Assembly: GCA_026709025.1 (NCBI GenBank)
Contig: JAPOTT010000029.1
Span: forward strand, 86,231-150,230
Source: a bacterium
GTDB taxonomy: Bacteria; Actinomycetota; Acidimicrobiia; Acidimicrobiales; Bin134
DNA length: 64,000 bases
Reading direction: 5' to 3'
The first letter of the stretch is position 1, and each line of letters starts with the position of its first letter. Of this stretch, positions 8,767-22,241 are shown in pieces. Made by a program: the position numbers and the translations under genes. Below the pieces are notes generated by a model, which was not told where the DNA came from, ran no database searches, and saw only the letters and a list, made by a program, of their open reading frames with translations.

Positions 8767-9378
8767 GTGCCCGCCCGTTGGCGCTCTCGCAAAGTTTACG
8801 CTGGCACGCCTGCTGATCTTTTGGTGGTTGGGTTGGGCAACCCGGGCAAACGGTTTGCAGGTACCCGCCACAACGTGGGAGCAGACGTGGTGGAGTTGTT
8901 AGCCAGCCAACACGGACAGACCCTGCACAAGACCAAACAAGCCGCGCTGGTAGCTGAGGTATTGTTAGATAAGCGTCGGCTGGTGTTGGCATTTCCTCAG
9001 ACTTATATGAACAAATCTGGAGAGTCGGTGCGGCCTTTAGTGCGCCGCTGGAATATGGCCGAGCAACTAGAGCGCTTGGTGGTGATTCACGATGAGCTGG
9101 ATTTGCCAGCGGGTAAAATCAAGGTAAAACACGGCGGTGGGTTGGCTGGACACAACGGCCTGTCGTCCATTAAGGATCATCTTCACAGTGTTGGCTTCAC
9201 ACGCATTCGCATAGGGGTAGGCAAGCCTCCGAGTGCCCCCGCTGGGGCAGACTATGTATTGCAACGCCCGGGTATCGCAGAGCAGGGGTTGCTCCAAGAT
9301 GCCATAAGACGTTCTGCAGATGCAGCCTTAGCATTGCTAAACGAATCTTTAGAGATTGTGATGAACAGGTTCAACTGA
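8767..9378 (+). CDS. pth: Peptidyl-tRNA hydrolase
   Basis: LVVGLGNPG...YAGTRHNVG motif and a GHNG motif. GTG start; the exact start is uncertain. Confidence 0.88.
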   Translation: MPARWRSRKVYAGTPADLLVVGLGNPGKRFAGTRHNVGADVVELLASQHGQTLHKTKQAALVAEVLLDKRRLVLAFPQTYMNKSGESVRPLVRRWNMAEQLERLVVIHDELDLPAGKIKVKHGGGLAGHNGLSSIKDHLHSVGFTRIRIGVGKPPSAPAGADYVLQRPGIAEQGLLQDAIRRSADAALALLNESLEIVMNRFN

Positions 9379-12300
9379 TGCCTGTGAAAACTACAGATAC
9401 AGCTGTGGCAACTAGCGATGCAACCACAGACAATGGTAGCCAAGATGCAGTGCCAGCGTTAGCTGACTTAGGCCACAAGCTTGCCCAAGAAGGTGGCATA
9501 ATCGATGTTCTGGGCAGACAAGATGCAGCCTTGGCTGTGGCTGAGGCCGGTCAGGCTGCGGTGCTAGCTGCCATTGCCGAGTTGGGCGGTCGTAGCCCGG
9601 TGTTGGTGGTTACTCCCACTAGCAGCGATGCCGAGCGGTTGGTGGCAGATCTGTCGGTTATGTTGACGAGTGGCAGTGGCACGCCTAGCGATAGTGCGCC
9701 TGGCAACTGCACGCCTAGCAGTGGCACGCCTAGCAACGGCACGCCTAGCAATGGTGCGTCTAGCGATAGTGCAGCTACCGGTGGGGCGGCGCTGTTTCCA
9801 GCTTGGGAGACGCTCCCGTTTGAGCGGATGAGCCCAGGTGTGGAAACTATGGGCTTGCGTTCTCAGGCCGCTTGGTATCTGCGTAATCCCGATGTTGGCC
9901 CTAAGGTGTTGGTTGCCTCGGTGCGGGCATTGCTTGGCAGGCTAGTGCCAGATTTGGCGCAAGTAGAGCCAATTAGGGTGGCTCGAGGTACACGGGTAGA
10001 TCTCCGTGAGCTTACAGAGGGGCTAGTTGAGCGGGGGTATCGCCGCGATGTGCAAGTTGAGCATCGCGGGGTGTTTGCGGTGCGCGGTTCCATCTTGGAT
10101 GTGTTTGGTTCAACCGCCGATGCGCCGGTTCGCATAGACCTGTGGGGAGATGAGGTAGACCGCCTGAGCGAGTTCTCTGTGTCGGATCAGCGTTCAACTC
10201 GCCCATTAGCCGAGATAACCATCTTTGCAGCCCGAGAAGTACGGCCCACCCCGCAGATGCGCGCCATGGCTAAGAACCTAGTGAGCGTGGCTCCGTGGGG
10301 TCGCGAGCAGTGGGAGCGCATAGCTGAGGGGCAGTTCTTTGACGGCATGGAGTCTTGGTTGCCGTGGTTATGCGACAGTGAGGAGTTATTGCCCGACAGG
10401 TTAGGCCCCGATGCTCTAGTAGTTTTGCTGGAACCCGCTCGCCTGCGCGACAGGGCAGCCGACATAGCCGCAGAAGAGGCCGACCTTGCCGCAGTACTGG
10501 CCCAAACTTGGGGTGCGGGTGACACCGAGTTTCCCCAACTGCACCTGGCCTATGAGCGCTTGTTGGCCAAGTGTGCTGCCCCAGCGTGGAGCATAACCTC
10601 TGTCCCCTCAGGCCCCTCTACTCCCACGGTAACCGTAGGTGGCTGGGCATCGCCCATAGGCGACCCTGCTGCCCCGATGCAGCAAGCCAAACGTTTTTTG
10701 GCAGAGGGCTATGAGGTGCGTGTGGCCGCAGATAGTGAGGGGTCGGCCACCAGGATCAACGCCTTGCTTGATGAGCATGGCGTGGCCTTACCCGTGGTAA
10801 CTGCCCCCCTTCAGCGCGGGTTTGTGCTGCCTAATTCTAAGTTGGCTGTTTTGAGCGAGGCAGACCTTACCGGTCGCCGCCGTGCTCATCGCCCCAAACG
10901 CACCCGCAGAACCGCAGCCAAAGAACTAGACGACCTCACAACAGGCGATCATGTGGTGCATCGGCATCACGGCGTGGGTCGTTACTGCGGCATGGTGCAT
11001 CGCTCCATCGGCGGTATCAGCCGCGATTACTTGCTAGTGGAGTACCGGGGAGGCGACAAGCTGTACGTGCCTACCGATCAGCTAGATGCTATCCGCCGCT
11101 ATTCGGGTGGTGAAACACCAACGCTAAGCAAAATGGGCGGTGCCGACTGGCAGCGCACCAAGAGCGGAGTACGTACTGCCGTTAGCGAGATAGCCCAAGA
11201 ACTAGTGGTGTTGTACCGTCGTCGAATCAACACCCCAGGGCGGGCCTTTTCGTCCGACACCCCGTGGCAGGCTGAGATGGAAAGCGCTTTTGGGTATCAG
11301 CTCACCCCCGATCAAAACAAAGCCATTGCCGAGGTAAAAGCCGACATGGAACAACCTGTTCCCATGGATCGGCTCATCTGTGGAGATGTGGGTTTTGGTA
11401 AAACCGAGATAGCCATAAGAGCAGCATTCAAGGCCATTCAAGACGGCACACAAGCAGCGGTGTTGGTGCCTACAACCTTGTTAGCCCAACAGCACTACCA
11501 AACCTTCAGCGAGCGTTTTGCTGCTTATCCCATCAAAGTTGAGGTGCTTAGCCGGTTTCTTACCCCTAAACAAGCCCGCAAGGTAATACAAGGGCTAGCT
11601 GATGGCTCGGTAGACCTAGTAATCGGCACCCATCGTTTGTTGTCTGAAGACATCGTGTTCAAACAGCTTGGCCTGTTGGTGGTGGATGAAGAACAGCGCT
11701 TCGGGGTGTCTAACAAGGAGGCCATAAAGTCCCTCCAAGCCGACATAGACGTGCTCACCCTGAGCGCCACGCCCATCCCGCGCACGCTTGAGATGAGCCT
11801 TACAGGCATCCGCGACCTCACCTTGTTGCACACCCCGCCTGCGGAGCGCCAGCCAATCTTAACTTATGTGGGTACCTTCGATGAGCGGCCCGTGGCAGAG
11901 GCTATTCGCCGCGAGCTGTTGCGGGAAGGCCAAGCTTTCTTCGTGCATAATCGGGTGGCCGATATCGAGCACATAGCCCAAGACCTGCGGGAGATGGTGC
12001 CCGAGGCTCGCATTGCCGTAGCCCACGGGCAGATGGACGAGGGCACGCTAGAACAGGTGGTTATCGATTTCTGGGAACATGCTTACGATGTGTTGGTGTG
12101 TACCACCATCATCGAGTCGGGGATAGATATGCCAACGGTGAACACTTTGGTGGTGGATCGGGCCGACATGTTGGGCTTAGGACAACTCCATCAGCTGCGT
12201 GGCCGGGTGGGACGTAGCGGGGCTCGGGCCTATGCCTACCTGCTGAGCCCGCCCGATAAGGTGCTCACCGAACAAGCCTATGAGCGGCTCAAAACCATTG

Positions 12301-12959
12301 GTGAGGCCACAGAGCTGGGGTCGGGCTTCAAGATAGCCATGCGAGATTTAGAGATTCGCGGGGCTGGCAATATGTTGGGCACCGGGCAATCTGGCCATAT
12401 CGCCGCAGTTGGTTACGATTTGTATTGCGAGATGGTTTCAGAAGCAGTGGCGGAGCTAAAGGGTCAGACACCGCTAGAGGTGGTAGAGATAAGCATCGAC
12501 CTGCCTGTGCCTGCGGGCATTCCAGCAGATTACATGCCCAAAGAAGAACTGCGTTTGGAGGCTTACAGGCGGGTGGCAAGTTGCGAGCAGCCCACCGAGG
12601 TAGATGATGTGGCCAGCGAGTGGGCAGATCGTTATGGGCCAGTACCAGCTCTGGCCGAGGCGCTTTTGGAAGGTGCCCGCCTGCGTTGTGAATGCTTGCG
12701 GACTGGTGTGCGCGAGATCACCATGACCAAAGCCACAAACATGGGTGGCCCCAAGTGGGTGGCCCGCTTAGGGCCGCTTCAACTCAGAGCTAGCCGCAGG
12801 GTGCGCTTGGAGCGGCTGTATCCCAAAGCTTCCTACCATGAAAGTTCGGGTTTCTTGCGGTTACCGGTATCTTCGGCCACCCAAGCAGCCGCTAGTTTGA
12901 TCCACGTGCTTCAAGATTTAGTGCCAGATGACAACACATCGGCCGCGATGGCCTCATGA
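9378..12959 (+). CDS. mfd: Transcription-repair coupling factor
   Basis: 1193 aa. Helicase motifs GDVGFGKTE, VVDEEQRFGV, TATPIPRTL and QLHQLRGRVGRS. The start overlaps the pth stop. Confidence 0.95.
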   Translation: MPVKTTDTAVATSDATTDNGSQDAVPALADLGHKLAQEGGIIDVLGRQDAALAVAEAGQAAVLAAIAELGGRSPVLVVTPTSSDAERLVADLSVMLTSGSGTPSDSAPGNCTPSSGTPSNGTPSNGASSDSAATGGAALFPAWETLPFERMSPGVETMGLRSQAAWYLRNPDVGPKVLVASVRALLGRLVPDLAQVEPIRVARGTRVDLRELTEGLVERGYRRDVQVEHRGVFAVRGSILDVFGSTADAPVRIDLWGDEVDRLSEFSVSDQRSTRPLAEITIFAAREVRPTPQMRAMAKNLVSVAPWGREQWERIAEGQFFDGMESWLPWLCDSEELLPDRLGPDALVVLLEPARLRDRAADIAAEEADLAAVLAQTWGAGDTEFPQLHLAYERLLAKCAAPAWSITSVPSGPSTPTVTVGGWASPIGDPAAPMQQAKRFLAEGYEVRVAADSEGSATRINALLDEHGVALPVVTAPLQRGFVLPNSKLAVLSEADLTGRRRAHRPKRTRRTAAKELDDLTTGDHVVHRHHGVGRYCGMVHRSIGGISRDYLLVEYRGGDKLYVPTDQLDAIRRYSGGETPTLSKMGGADWQRTKSGVRTAVSEIAQELVVLYRRRINTPGRAFSSDTPWQAEMESAFGYQLTPDQNKAIAEVKADMEQPVPMDRLICGDVGFGKTEIAIRAAFKAIQDGTQAAVLVPTTLLAQQHYQTFSERFAAYPIKVEVLSRFLTPKQARKVIQGLADGSVDLVIGTHRLLSEDIVFKQLGLLVVDEEQRFGVSNKEAIKSLQADIDVLTLSATPIPRTLEMSLTGIRDLTLLHTPPAERQPILTYVGTFDERPVAEAIRRELLREGQAFFVHNRVADIEHIAQDLREMVPEARIAVAHGQMDEGTLEQVVIDFWEHAYDVLVCTTIIESGIDMPTVNTLVVDRADMLGLGQLHQLRGRVGRSGARAYAYLLSPPDKVLTEQAYERLKTIGEATELGSGFKIAMRDLEIRGAGNMLGTGQSGHIAAVGYDLYCEMVSEAVAELKGQTPLEVVEISIDLPVPAGIPADYMPKEELRLEAYRRVASCEQPTEVDDVASEWADRYGPVPALAEALLEGARLRCECLRTGVREITMTKATNMGGPKWVARLGPLQLRASRRVRLERLYPKASYHESSGFLRLPVSSATQAAASLIHVLQDLVPDDNTSAAMAS

Positions 12960-12975
12960 ACCCAAAAAATACCTC

Positions 12976-13725
12976 ATGAACCCACAAAATAACGGCGATG
13001 TGTGTCAGGTAATTGAGCAGTTCTTGGATTTGGCTGTGGAGTTACGCCAGAAATGCCCTTGGGATCGCCAGCAAACCCATCAGTCGCTGCGCGGCCATCT
13101 GTTGGAGGAGGCTTATGAGGTGCTTGAAGCCCTAGATGCAGTAAGCCCAGCAACCTTGAGCGGCTATGAGGACTTAGCCGAAGAACTAGGAGACCTGCTT
13201 TATCAGATTGTGTTTCACTCCTTGTTGGCTACAGAGGTGGGCCAGTTCACCTTTGCCGATGTGACCAAAGGCATCCACGACAAGCTAAAGGCCCGTCACC
13301 CCCACATTTTTGGCCCTCAGACTGATGCTGCTGGGGTTGACGTTGCAGGAGCTAAAAACACAGAGGATGGGGGTGTCGGCGCCCAAGCTGCACAGGACAC
13401 ATCGGCTCAAGATAATGGCACCGAGATCACAAAGATGGGTGCCGCACAGAACTGGGAAGCCATGAAGCGCGAACAAAAGGGACGGGCCTCGGTGATGGAG
13501 GGCATCCCGGTGGGCTTGCCCGCGCTTTTGTTTGCCGACAAGGTTATTCACAAGGCTCGTTCGGTGGGCCTAGAGCCAGAAGTAGACACCACAACCGTTG
13601 CCGGTCGCCTTTATGATGCTGTAAAAGATGCTCAATCGCACGGCCTAGATGCCGAATCAGAGCTGCGAGCCTTTGTGAACAGCATCGGTGAGCAGATTCG
13701 CCAACGCGAAATTTCTTCTATGTAA
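12976..13725 (+). CDS. mazG: Nucleoside triphosphate pyrophosphohydrolase MazG
   Basis: CPWDRQQTHQSLRGHLLEEAYEVLEAL and EELGDLLYQIVFH motifs. The ATG at 12976 lies in the second copy of a 20-bp duplication. The track start at 12928 overlaps mfd. Confidence 0.85.
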   Translation: MNPQNNGDVCQVIEQFLDLAVELRQKCPWDRQQTHQSLRGHLLEEAYEVLEALDAVSPATLSGYEDLAEELGDLLYQIVFHSLLATEVGQFTFADVTKGIHDKLKARHPHIFGPQTDAAGVDVAGAKNTEDGGVGAQAAQDTSAQDNGTEITKMGAAQNWEAMKREQKGRASVMEGIPVGLPALLFADKVIHKARSVGLEPEVDTTTVAGRLYDAVKDAQSHGLDAESELRAFVNSIGEQIRQREISSM

Positions 13726-13779
13726 TTTACCTAACGCTCTAGCCAAGACAACTTTTTTCGTCTATTTTAGCAACACTAG

Positions 13780-15479
<1,700 letters not shown>

Positions 15480-15512
15480 AGGTTTGGGGGCCTGATCCTA
15501 TAGCGTTTTGGT

Positions 15513-16175
15513 GTGACGCATTATGAGGTGCTAGATGTTGCTCCGAGTGCAACACCAGAGGCGTTGCGCCGGGCTTATCTAAATCAGGCCCGGCGTTGGC
15601 ATCCCGACAGGCCCAGCGGTGACTCCGAGCAGATGCGGGCGGTGAATGAGGCATGGACAACCCTGCGAAATCCGCTCTCGCGGCGGGCTTACGACCGAGA
15701 GTTGGCCCGACTGCATGCACAAGCTGTGGCCCGTAAACAGGCCGAGGGCGTACGGCTTGTGTACCCACAGCCCCAGCGCCAGCCTCAAGCAGGGTATCAG
15801 CCTCAGTATCAGCGCCAGCGCAAGTTTGAGCCTATAGAACAGGTGGGATTTCGCTGGCGTTGGCTTGGGGTAGTGGCTTGTGTGTTAGTGGCTTCAGCAG
15901 CAGCGTTGATCTATTTCGCACTGTCCAACATCGACAACTCCGATTCCGCCCAACCACCGCAGATTACCGCACCGGTATCGCAGGCTCGCCCTGAACTAGG
16001 TGACTGCTTTTTGAAGGGAGCTACTGCTCTTATACCGGTGGGCTGCGATCATCCTAACGATGGTCAACTAGTGCGATGGATCTTTCTTGGAGCAACTTGT
16101 CCACCGCCAACACAGCTACATTATGTGCGCTCAGCCCAACAAGCCATTTGCTACCTGCCTACAGTTCGGCCTTAG
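15513..16175 (+). CDS. J-domain (DnaJ-like) membrane protein
   Basis: HYEVLDV...LRRAYLNQARRWHPDR (HPD motif). One predicted TM segment (WLGVVACVLVASAAALIYFAL). Confidence 0.7.
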   Translation: MTHYEVLDVAPSATPEALRRAYLNQARRWHPDRPSGDSEQMRAVNEAWTTLRNPLSRRAYDRELARLHAQAVARKQAEGVRLVYPQPQRQPQAGYQPQYQRQRKFEPIEQVGFRWRWLGVVACVLVASAAALIYFALSNIDNSDSAQPPQITAPVSQARPELGDCFLKGATALIPVGCDHPNDGQLVRWIFLGATCPPPTQLHYVRSAQQAICYLPTVRP

Positions 16176-16196
16176 CGAGAGTGTGACCCAATAGCA

Positions 16197-16949
16197 ATGC
16201 CCCAAGATCATGCAACACCATCCCAAAGGCCCAAGCTGCGGTTGGTTGCCACTACCACGGTGCCAACCCGTTGGGGGCGGTTCACCTGCCATGCTTTCGA
16301 AGCTTGCGAGCCCAACAAAGCACCCCAAGAGCACATAGCGCTAAGCGTAGGAGAGGTTGTTGGTACAGATGAGGTGCTGGTGCGTGTCCACAGTGAGTGC
16401 TTAACCGGTGATGTCTTTGGCTCTTGGCGATGCGACTGCGGCGCGCAGCTACATAGCGCCATGGATGCAATAGCGTCTATGGGTACGGGGGTGCTGGTGT
16501 ATTTGCTGGGCCATGAGGGAAGGGGCATCGGCATTGGCCACAAGATGCGGGCTTATGCCCTACAAGATCAGGGCCGCGACACCGTAGAAGCCAACTTAGA
16601 GTTGGGCCTTCCAGTAGATGCCCGCAGCTACGCTATAGGCGCAGCCATCTTGGCTGAGTTGGGCGTGGAGCGGGTTGCGTTGATGACGAACAACCCCGCC
16701 AAACAAAACGAACTCGCCGCCTGTGGCCTTCACATCGTCCGCCGTGTGCCGCTAGAGACAACGCCGCGTGCAGAAAATTTGGCTTACCTGCGTACCAAGC
16801 AGCAACGCCTCGGCCACCAAATGGATCAACTAGAACACCAAACGGATCAACCAGAGCAGTCAGATGCCCAAGTAGGTGGTGGTCCACTGTTAGGGGTGGT
16901 GTCTGATGAACAGAATTCTCGCTCAAGTAACGGGTTAGCTAACCCATAG
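16197..16949 (+). CDS. ribA: GTP cyclohydrolase II
   Basis: VRVHSECLTGDVFGSWRCDCGAQL and LTNNPAK-like (LMTNNPAKQ) motifs. The C-terminal tail is extended and low-complexity. Confidence 0.88.
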   Translation: MPQDHATPSQRPKLRLVATTTVPTRWGRFTCHAFEACEPNKAPQEHIALSVGEVVGTDEVLVRVHSECLTGDVFGSWRCDCGAQLHSAMDAIASMGTGVLVYLLGHEGRGIGIGHKMRAYALQDQGRDTVEANLELGLPVDARSYAIGAAILAELGVERVALMTNNPAKQNELAACGLHIVRRVPLETTPRAENLAYLRTKQQRLGHQMDQLEHQTDQPEQSDAQVGGGPLLGVVSDEQNSRSSNGLANP

Positions 16950-16964
16950 CATACGATTACGTTT

Positions 16965-18797
16965 ATGGATGATGCCGTGATGAGCTTGGCAACCGGTTTT
17001 GATCTAGCTAGCCGCGAGCAATGGATGTCATTGGTGGATCAAGTGCTAAAGGGCGCACCTTTCGACAAAAAGCTCACCCATACCACCTACGATGGCATTC
17101 AAATCCAGCCTCTGTACACGGGAGCGGATCACACCGGCACGAACAGCTTGCCGGGGCTAAACCCGTTTATACGGGGTGGCGATTGCGTGGGCGGCTCATG
17201 GCAGGTGCGTCAAGCCCACAGCCTAGCTACCGGCAACCGGGCGATTTTAGACGACTTAGCCGGTGGTGCAGATGCGGTTGAGCTGCACGTTGAGGGCGAC
17301 ATCAGCCTGGCCGAACTAGAAGCACTGCTAGATGGAGTTCCCACCACCGTGCCGCTTATGTTGGCCCCCGGCGCAGGTGGTGCTATCTGGCATTTGATCA
17401 GCCTCTGGGAGAAAAGGGGGGTAAGCAAACAAGACTCCTCAGGGGGGTTTGGGATGAACCCCACAGCTCCCGATGTGGCAGATGTTGTTGCCAAAACCTC
17501 AGATTTAGGGTGCGACAACTTACAGGTAGCGGTGGTTGATGGCGCGGGGCTGGCCAATCAAGGTGCTACTGAAGCTCAAGAGTTGGCTGGGTCTCTTGCA
17601 GATGGGGTTAGGTACCTGCGGGCGTGTGAAAAAGCGGGCATTGATCTGGCTGTAGCAGTCCAAAAGCTGGAGTTTCGCTACTCCGCAGGGGTGGATCAGT
17701 TTTTGACTATCGCCAAGCTGCGTGCTGCTCGTGGGTTGTGGGCCAGGGTAACCCAAGCGTGCCACATTGAACCGGTAGCTCAGCGTCAACACGCTGTAAC
17801 TGCAAACACGATGATGACCCGCCACGACTCCTGGGTGAACATGATTCGCACCACCGTGGCCACCTTTGCCGCCGCTGCAGGAGGAGCTAACGCCATCACC
17901 GTGAATCCCTTCGATGCTGTTATTGGCGTGCCCGATCCGTTGGGTCTGCGGATTGCCAGAAACACGCAGCTGTTGTTGCGCGAGGAGTCCCACATTGGTC
18001 AGGTGATAGACCCTGCTGGGGGTTCGCATTATGTGGAATGGCTCACCGATGCGTTAGCCAATGCTGCTTGGGGGTTGTTTCAGGAGCTAGAGGCGGGTGC
18101 CAGCTTAACTGAGCGCATCTCGGCTAGTCGTGATGCGCGTCACAAAGATTTAGCCACCCGCAAGCTGCCGCTTACCGGAGTGAGTGAGTTTCCAAACCTC
18201 AGCGAGGAACTGCTTCAGAGGCAACCGTGGCCTCAGAACCCTCAACACACCAAGCACTCCTCAGATTCACAAGACGAAGGTGAACAAGCCAACGGCCACG
18301 ATGGTTATCGCTTGGCTGAGGCGTTTGAGGCTTTGCGCGATGCTGCTAGCGCGCATGCAAAAACCGGTTTTGAGTCAGTCGGTTCTGAGCCAATCAGTTC
18401 TGACTCAACTGGCTCTGGCGCAGCCAACAGAGCCAGCCCAACGGTGTTTTTGGCCAGCTTGGGCCCAATGGCCGTTCACACAGCCCGTTCCTCTTTTGCT
18501 GCCAACCTCTTGGCTGCGGGTGGTATTGGGGTGGTGTCTTCCGAAGGGTTTGTGAGCGCGCAAGAAGCAGCACAAAGCTGGGCAGATTCGGGGTGTTTGG
18601 TTGCTGTGGTGTGTTCATCAGATGCGATGTATCAAGATCATGGTGCTGCAACGGTTAGCGCCCTCAAAGAAGCTGGTTGTGGTTTCGTGCTCTTAGCGGG
18701 CAGGCCAGATAATCGTTGGGGTGCCGATGGCTACATCTACATTGGCTGCAACGTGCTAGCTGTGTTGCATGAGGTTCACGAGAGGCTGGGTATATGA
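16965..18797 (+). CDS. mutA: Methylmalonyl-CoA mutase, small (beta) subunit
   Basis: 610-aa mutase-like protein without the DxHxxG B12 motif. It lies directly upstream of the large subunit and overlaps it by 4 nt. Confidence 0.8.
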   Translation: MDDAVMSLATGFDLASREQWMSLVDQVLKGAPFDKKLTHTTYDGIQIQPLYTGADHTGTNSLPGLNPFIRGGDCVGGSWQVRQAHSLATGNRAILDDLAGGADAVELHVEGDISLAELEALLDGVPTTVPLMLAPGAGGAIWHLISLWEKRGVSKQDSSGGFGMNPTAPDVADVVAKTSDLGCDNLQVAVVDGAGLANQGATEAQELAGSLADGVRYLRACEKAGIDLAVAVQKLEFRYSAGVDQFLTIAKLRAARGLWARVTQACHIEPVAQRQHAVTANTMMTRHDSWVNMIRTTVATFAAAAGGANAITVNPFDAVIGVPDPLGLRIARNTQLLLREESHIGQVIDPAGGSHYVEWLTDALANAAWGLFQELEAGASLTERISASRDARHKDLATRKLPLTGVSEFPNLSEELLQRQPWPQNPQHTKHSSDSQDEGEQANGHDGYRLAEAFEALRDAASAHAKTGFESVGSEPISSDSTGSGAANRASPTVFLASLGPMAVHTARSSFAANLLAAGGIGVVSSEGFVSAQEAAQSWADSGCLVAVVCSSDAMYQDHGAATVSALKEAGCGFVLLAGRPDNRWGADGYIYIGCNVLAVLHEVHERLGI

Positions 18798-21082
18798 GCG
18801 TTCCAAACTTTGCTGACGTGGATTTGTTTGCCACCGCAGGCGATCATCCCTTTAGCTATGAACAGTGGGCCCAAATGCTGGCTGCTGAACGCAGCTTGGC
18901 TGCCGATCAGCTTGTTTGGGACACCCCTGAGGGTTTTGGGGTGCGCCGGCTCTACACCGCAGAGGATCGGGCCCCGCTAGACTTCTGCGACACTTACCCG
19001 GGCATCGCACCCTATGTGCGTGGCCCGTACGCAACCATGTACGCCATGCAGCCGTGGACGATTCGTCAGTACGCTGGCTTCTCCACAGCAAAGGATTCCA
19101 ATGCCTTTTATCGGCGCAACCTAGCCGCAGGTCAAAAGGGCTTATCTGTAGCCTTCGACCTAGCTACCCACCGTGGTTACGATTCGGACAACCCCCGCGT
19201 TAGTGGCGATGTTGGCATGGCTGGAGTGGCCATCGACTCCATCTTGGATATGCAGGTGCTCTTTGACGGTATCCCGTTAGATCAGATGAGCGTTTCGATG
19301 ACCATGAACGGAGCTGTTCTGCCGGTTTTGGCCATGTACATCGTGGCTGGCGAAGAACAAGGCGTTGCCCCTGAGAAGCTTGCGGGCACCATCCAAAACG
19401 ACATCCTCAAAGAGTTCATGGTGCGTAACACCTTTATTTACCCACCAGCCCCCTCCATCCGCATCATCTCAGACATCTTCGCCTACACATCGCAAAACAT
19501 GCCCAGGTTCAACTCCATCTCCATCTCTGGATATCACATGCAAGAGGCCGGGGCCACCTTAGATTTGGAGTTGGCCTACACGCTGGCTGATGGAGTGGAG
19601 TACGTGCGGGCCGGGTTGGACTCTGGCTTAGAGGTAGATGCTTTTGCGCCCAGGTTGAGCTTTTTTTGGTGCATTGGCATGAACTTCTTCATGGAGGTTG
19701 CCAAGCTGCGAGCTGCCCGTCTGCTGTGGGCCAAGCTCATGAGTCAGTTTAATCCAGCCAACCCCCGCTCGCTGTCGCTTCGTACCCACAGTCAAACCTC
19801 TGGCTGGAGTCTCACCGCCCAAGATGTGTTTAACAATGTGGTTCGCACCACTATAGAAGCCATGGCTGCAACTCAGGGTCACACACAATCTTTGCACACC
19901 AATGCTTTGGATGAGGCCCTAGCTTTGCCCACCGATTTCTCGGCTCGCATTGCCCGCAACACCCAGCTTTGTTTGCAGCACGAGTCTGGTACCTGTCGGG
20001 TGGCCGACCCGTGGGGTGGTTCTTACTATGTGGAGCGCTTAACCCATGATTTGGCTAAGCGCGCCCTAGAACATGTCACCGAGGTTGAGGCCGCAGGCGG
20101 CATGACCGCAGCCATCGAAGCGGGTATTCCCAAGATGCGTATTGAAGAGGCTGCCGCTAGAACACAGGCACGCATCGACTCCGGCACACAAACGGTGGTG
20201 GGGGTGAACCGTTACCTCAACAACGATCCCGAAGACATTGATGTGCTCAAGGTGGATAATGCCGAGGTGCGTGGCTCACAAATTGCCCGCTTAGAGCGCT
20301 TGCGGGCTGAGCGAGATAATCATGCCTGCGAGCAGGCTTTAGCTGCGCTCACCAACGCCGCCGCCCAACCTACGGGCACTGCCGGGGCCAATCTGTTGGC
20401 CTTGGCGGTGGATGCGGCGCGTGCTCGGGCAACCGTGGGAGAGATTAGCGATGCCCTAGAGGTGGTGTATGGTCGTCATGCTCCGCAGATACGCACAATC
20501 TCAGGTGTGTATCAGGCAGAATTGTCTAAGGCCGCCAATGGGGCTGGCCCTCACATCAACAACGGCACCAACATGACACCCACAGATCCCTCCGATACCT
20601 CTGGCTCAGATTCCATTAGCAGGGTTCGACATGCCGTAGCAGATTTTGGTAACCGCACCGGACGGCGGCCGCGCATTTTAGTGGCCAAGATGGGCCAAGA
20701 TGGTCATGACCGTGGTCAAAAGGTTATTGCCACAGCTTTTGCCGATATCGGTTTCGATGTGGATGTGGGCCCGTTGTTTCAAACCCCCGCTGAGGTGGCC
20801 CGCCAAGCCGTAGAGGCTGATGTACACATCGTGGGAGCATCTTCATTGGCCGCAGGACACCTCACGTTGGTGCCAGAGCTAAATGCCGAGTTGAAGGCGC
20901 TAGGTCGGGCCGACATCATGATCGTGGTGGGTGGGGTTATTCCGCCAGGAGATTATGACGAGCTACGGGCCGCAGGTGCTGAGGCTATCTTTGGGCCCGG
21001 CACGGTGATTGCCGAAGCCGCCTTGGAGTTGCTTGAAGTTTTGGATAAGCGAGATTTAGATTTAGCTCAGGCTCCTCGGTGA
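18794..21082 (+). CDS. mutB: Methylmalonyl-CoA mutase, large (alpha) subunit
   Basis: [30 protein letters not shown] and the B12-binding [13 protein letters not shown] motif. Confidence 0.93.
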   Translation: MSVPNFADVDLFATAGDHPFSYEQWAQMLAAERSLAADQLVWDTPEGFGVRRLYTAEDRAPLDFCDTYPGIAPYVRGPYATMYAMQPWTIRQYAGFSTAKDSNAFYRRNLAAGQKGLSVAFDLATHRGYDSDNPRVSGDVGMAGVAIDSILDMQVLFDGIPLDQMSVSMTMNGAVLPVLAMYIVAGEEQGVAPEKLAGTIQNDILKEFMVRNTFIYPPAPSIRIISDIFAYTSQNMPRFNSISISGYHMQEAGATLDLELAYTLADGVEYVRAGLDSGLEVDAFAPRLSFFWCIGMNFFMEVAKLRAARLLWAKLMSQFNPANPRSLSLRTHSQTSGWSLTAQDVFNNVVRTTIEAMAATQGHTQSLHTNALDEALALPTDFSARIARNTQLCLQHESGTCRVADPWGGSYYVERLTHDLAKRALEHVTEVEAAGGMTAAIEAGIPKMRIEEAAARTQARIDSGTQTVVGVNRYLNNDPEDIDVLKVDNAEVRGSQIARLERLRAERDNHACEQALAALTNAAAQPTGTAGANLLALAVDAARARATVGEISDALEVVYGRHAPQIRTISGVYQAELSKAANGAGPHINNGTNMTPTDPSDTSGSDSISRVRHAVADFGNRTGRRPRILVAKMGQDGHDRGQKVIATAFADIGFDVDVGPLFQTPAEVARQAVEADVHIVGASSLAAGHLTLVPELNAELKALGRADIMIVVGGVIPPGDYDELRAAGAEAIFGPGTVIAEAALELLEVLDKRDLDLAQAPR

Positions 21083-22068
21083 GTTCTATCCACAACTGCT
21101 CTCTAGACGATTATGTAGACGGGGTGCTTGTAGCCGACAGAACCTGGCTGGGTCGTGCGGTTACCTTGATTGAGAGCACCCGCTCAGCGGATCGCATCGC
21201 AGCGATGGAGTTGCTGGGTCGGCTGCTGCCCCATAGTGGTGGCGCTAGGCGTATTGGCATTACGGGAGTGCCGGGGGTGGGTAAGTCCACCTTTATTGAT
21301 GCGTTGGGCACACAGCTCACCGCACAGGGTCGCCGTGTTGCGGTGTTGGCAGTAGACCCATCATCGTCGGTGTCTGGGGGAAGCATCTTGGGCGACAAAA
21401 CGAGGATGCCCAACTTAGCGGTGCAAGATGCCGCATTTATTAGGCCGTCGCCTTCGTCTGGGTCTTTGGGTGGGGTTACCCGCACTACCCGCGAAACCAT
21501 GACGGTTGTGGAGGCTGCTGGGTTTGATGTGGTGTTGGTGGAAACCGTTGGGGTGGGTCAATCCGAAACTGCAGTGGCCGACATGGTGGACTTTTTCTTG
21601 GTGCTGATGCTGCCCGGGGCGGGCGATGAGCTGCAAGGCATCAAAAAGGGTGTGTTGGAGTTGGCCGATGCGCTTGTGGTGAACAAATCAGATGGCGGCA
21701 ACGAGATTGCCGCACAGCGGGCTATGCGAGATTATCGGGCTGCGTTGTCTTTGACCGCGCCAGTTAATGCTACGTGGGTGCCACCGGTGCTCACAGCAAG
21801 CGCCATCCACAAGACAGGCTTGGAGCAAGTAATCAGCCAAATTGAGGCATACTTTGGGGCGATGACCGAGTCTGGGCATCTAGCTAGCCGCCGCTCAGCT
21901 CAACAGGTGCGCTGGATGTGGGCCATGGTGGAAGACCGCCTACGCGAACAGCTTCGAGCCAACGATCAGGTGCGTGCGTTGCTAGCAGACCTAGAACAAA
22001 AAGTAGCCACCGCCCAAACCCCACCCTCTGTCGCCGCCAACCAAATCCTCAAAGCCTTCAACCACTAA
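21079..22068 (+). CDS. meaB: Methylmalonyl-CoA mutase-associated GTPase MeaB
   Basis: P-loop [20 protein letters not shown] and NKSD motifs. The start overlaps the mutB stop. Confidence 0.9.
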   Translation: MSSIHNCSLDDYVDGVLVADRTWLGRAVTLIESTRSADRIAAMELLGRLLPHSGGARRIGITGVPGVGKSTFIDALGTQLTAQGRRVAVLAVDPSSSVSGGSILGDKTRMPNLAVQDAAFIRPSPSSGSLGGVTRTTRETMTVVEAAGFDVVLVETVGVGQSETAVADMVDFFLVLMLPGAGDELQGIKKGVLELADALVVNKSDGGNEIAAQRAMRDYRAALSLTAPVNATWVPPVLTASAIHKTGLEQVISQIEAYFGAMTESGHLASRRSAQQVRWMWAMVEDRLREQLRANDQVRALLADLEQKVATAQTPPSVAANQILKAFNH

Positions 22069-22241
22069 CCCACAACAGTACGAGCACCTCCTGAGGATAT
22101 GTTTGGCTGCGATAAAGAAATACTTCAAATAATCGGGGATATCGATCAGCCTCTGTGGTCGGATGAGGATTTTGACATGATTGCTCGCCCAGGTCAGGTT
22201 GAGGTGTTAGACACAAAAAGATGAGTACTAGCATTGTCTGT

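Noticed and set aside
8513-8992. 159-aa minus-strand ORF spanning the rplY/pth junction
   Set aside because: It is antisense to two conserved genes and its sequence is Pro/Arg-rich and low-complexity.
22099-22224. 41-aa ORF (MFGCDKEILQIIGDIDQPLWSDEDFDMIARPGQVEVLDTKR) between meaB and the ATPase gene
   Set aside because: The acidic D-x-D-x-P-L-W segment faintly recalls C-termini of some antitoxins. However, the spacing to the only purine-rich stretch is 1 nt and there is no partner gene. It is too short to support without a database search.
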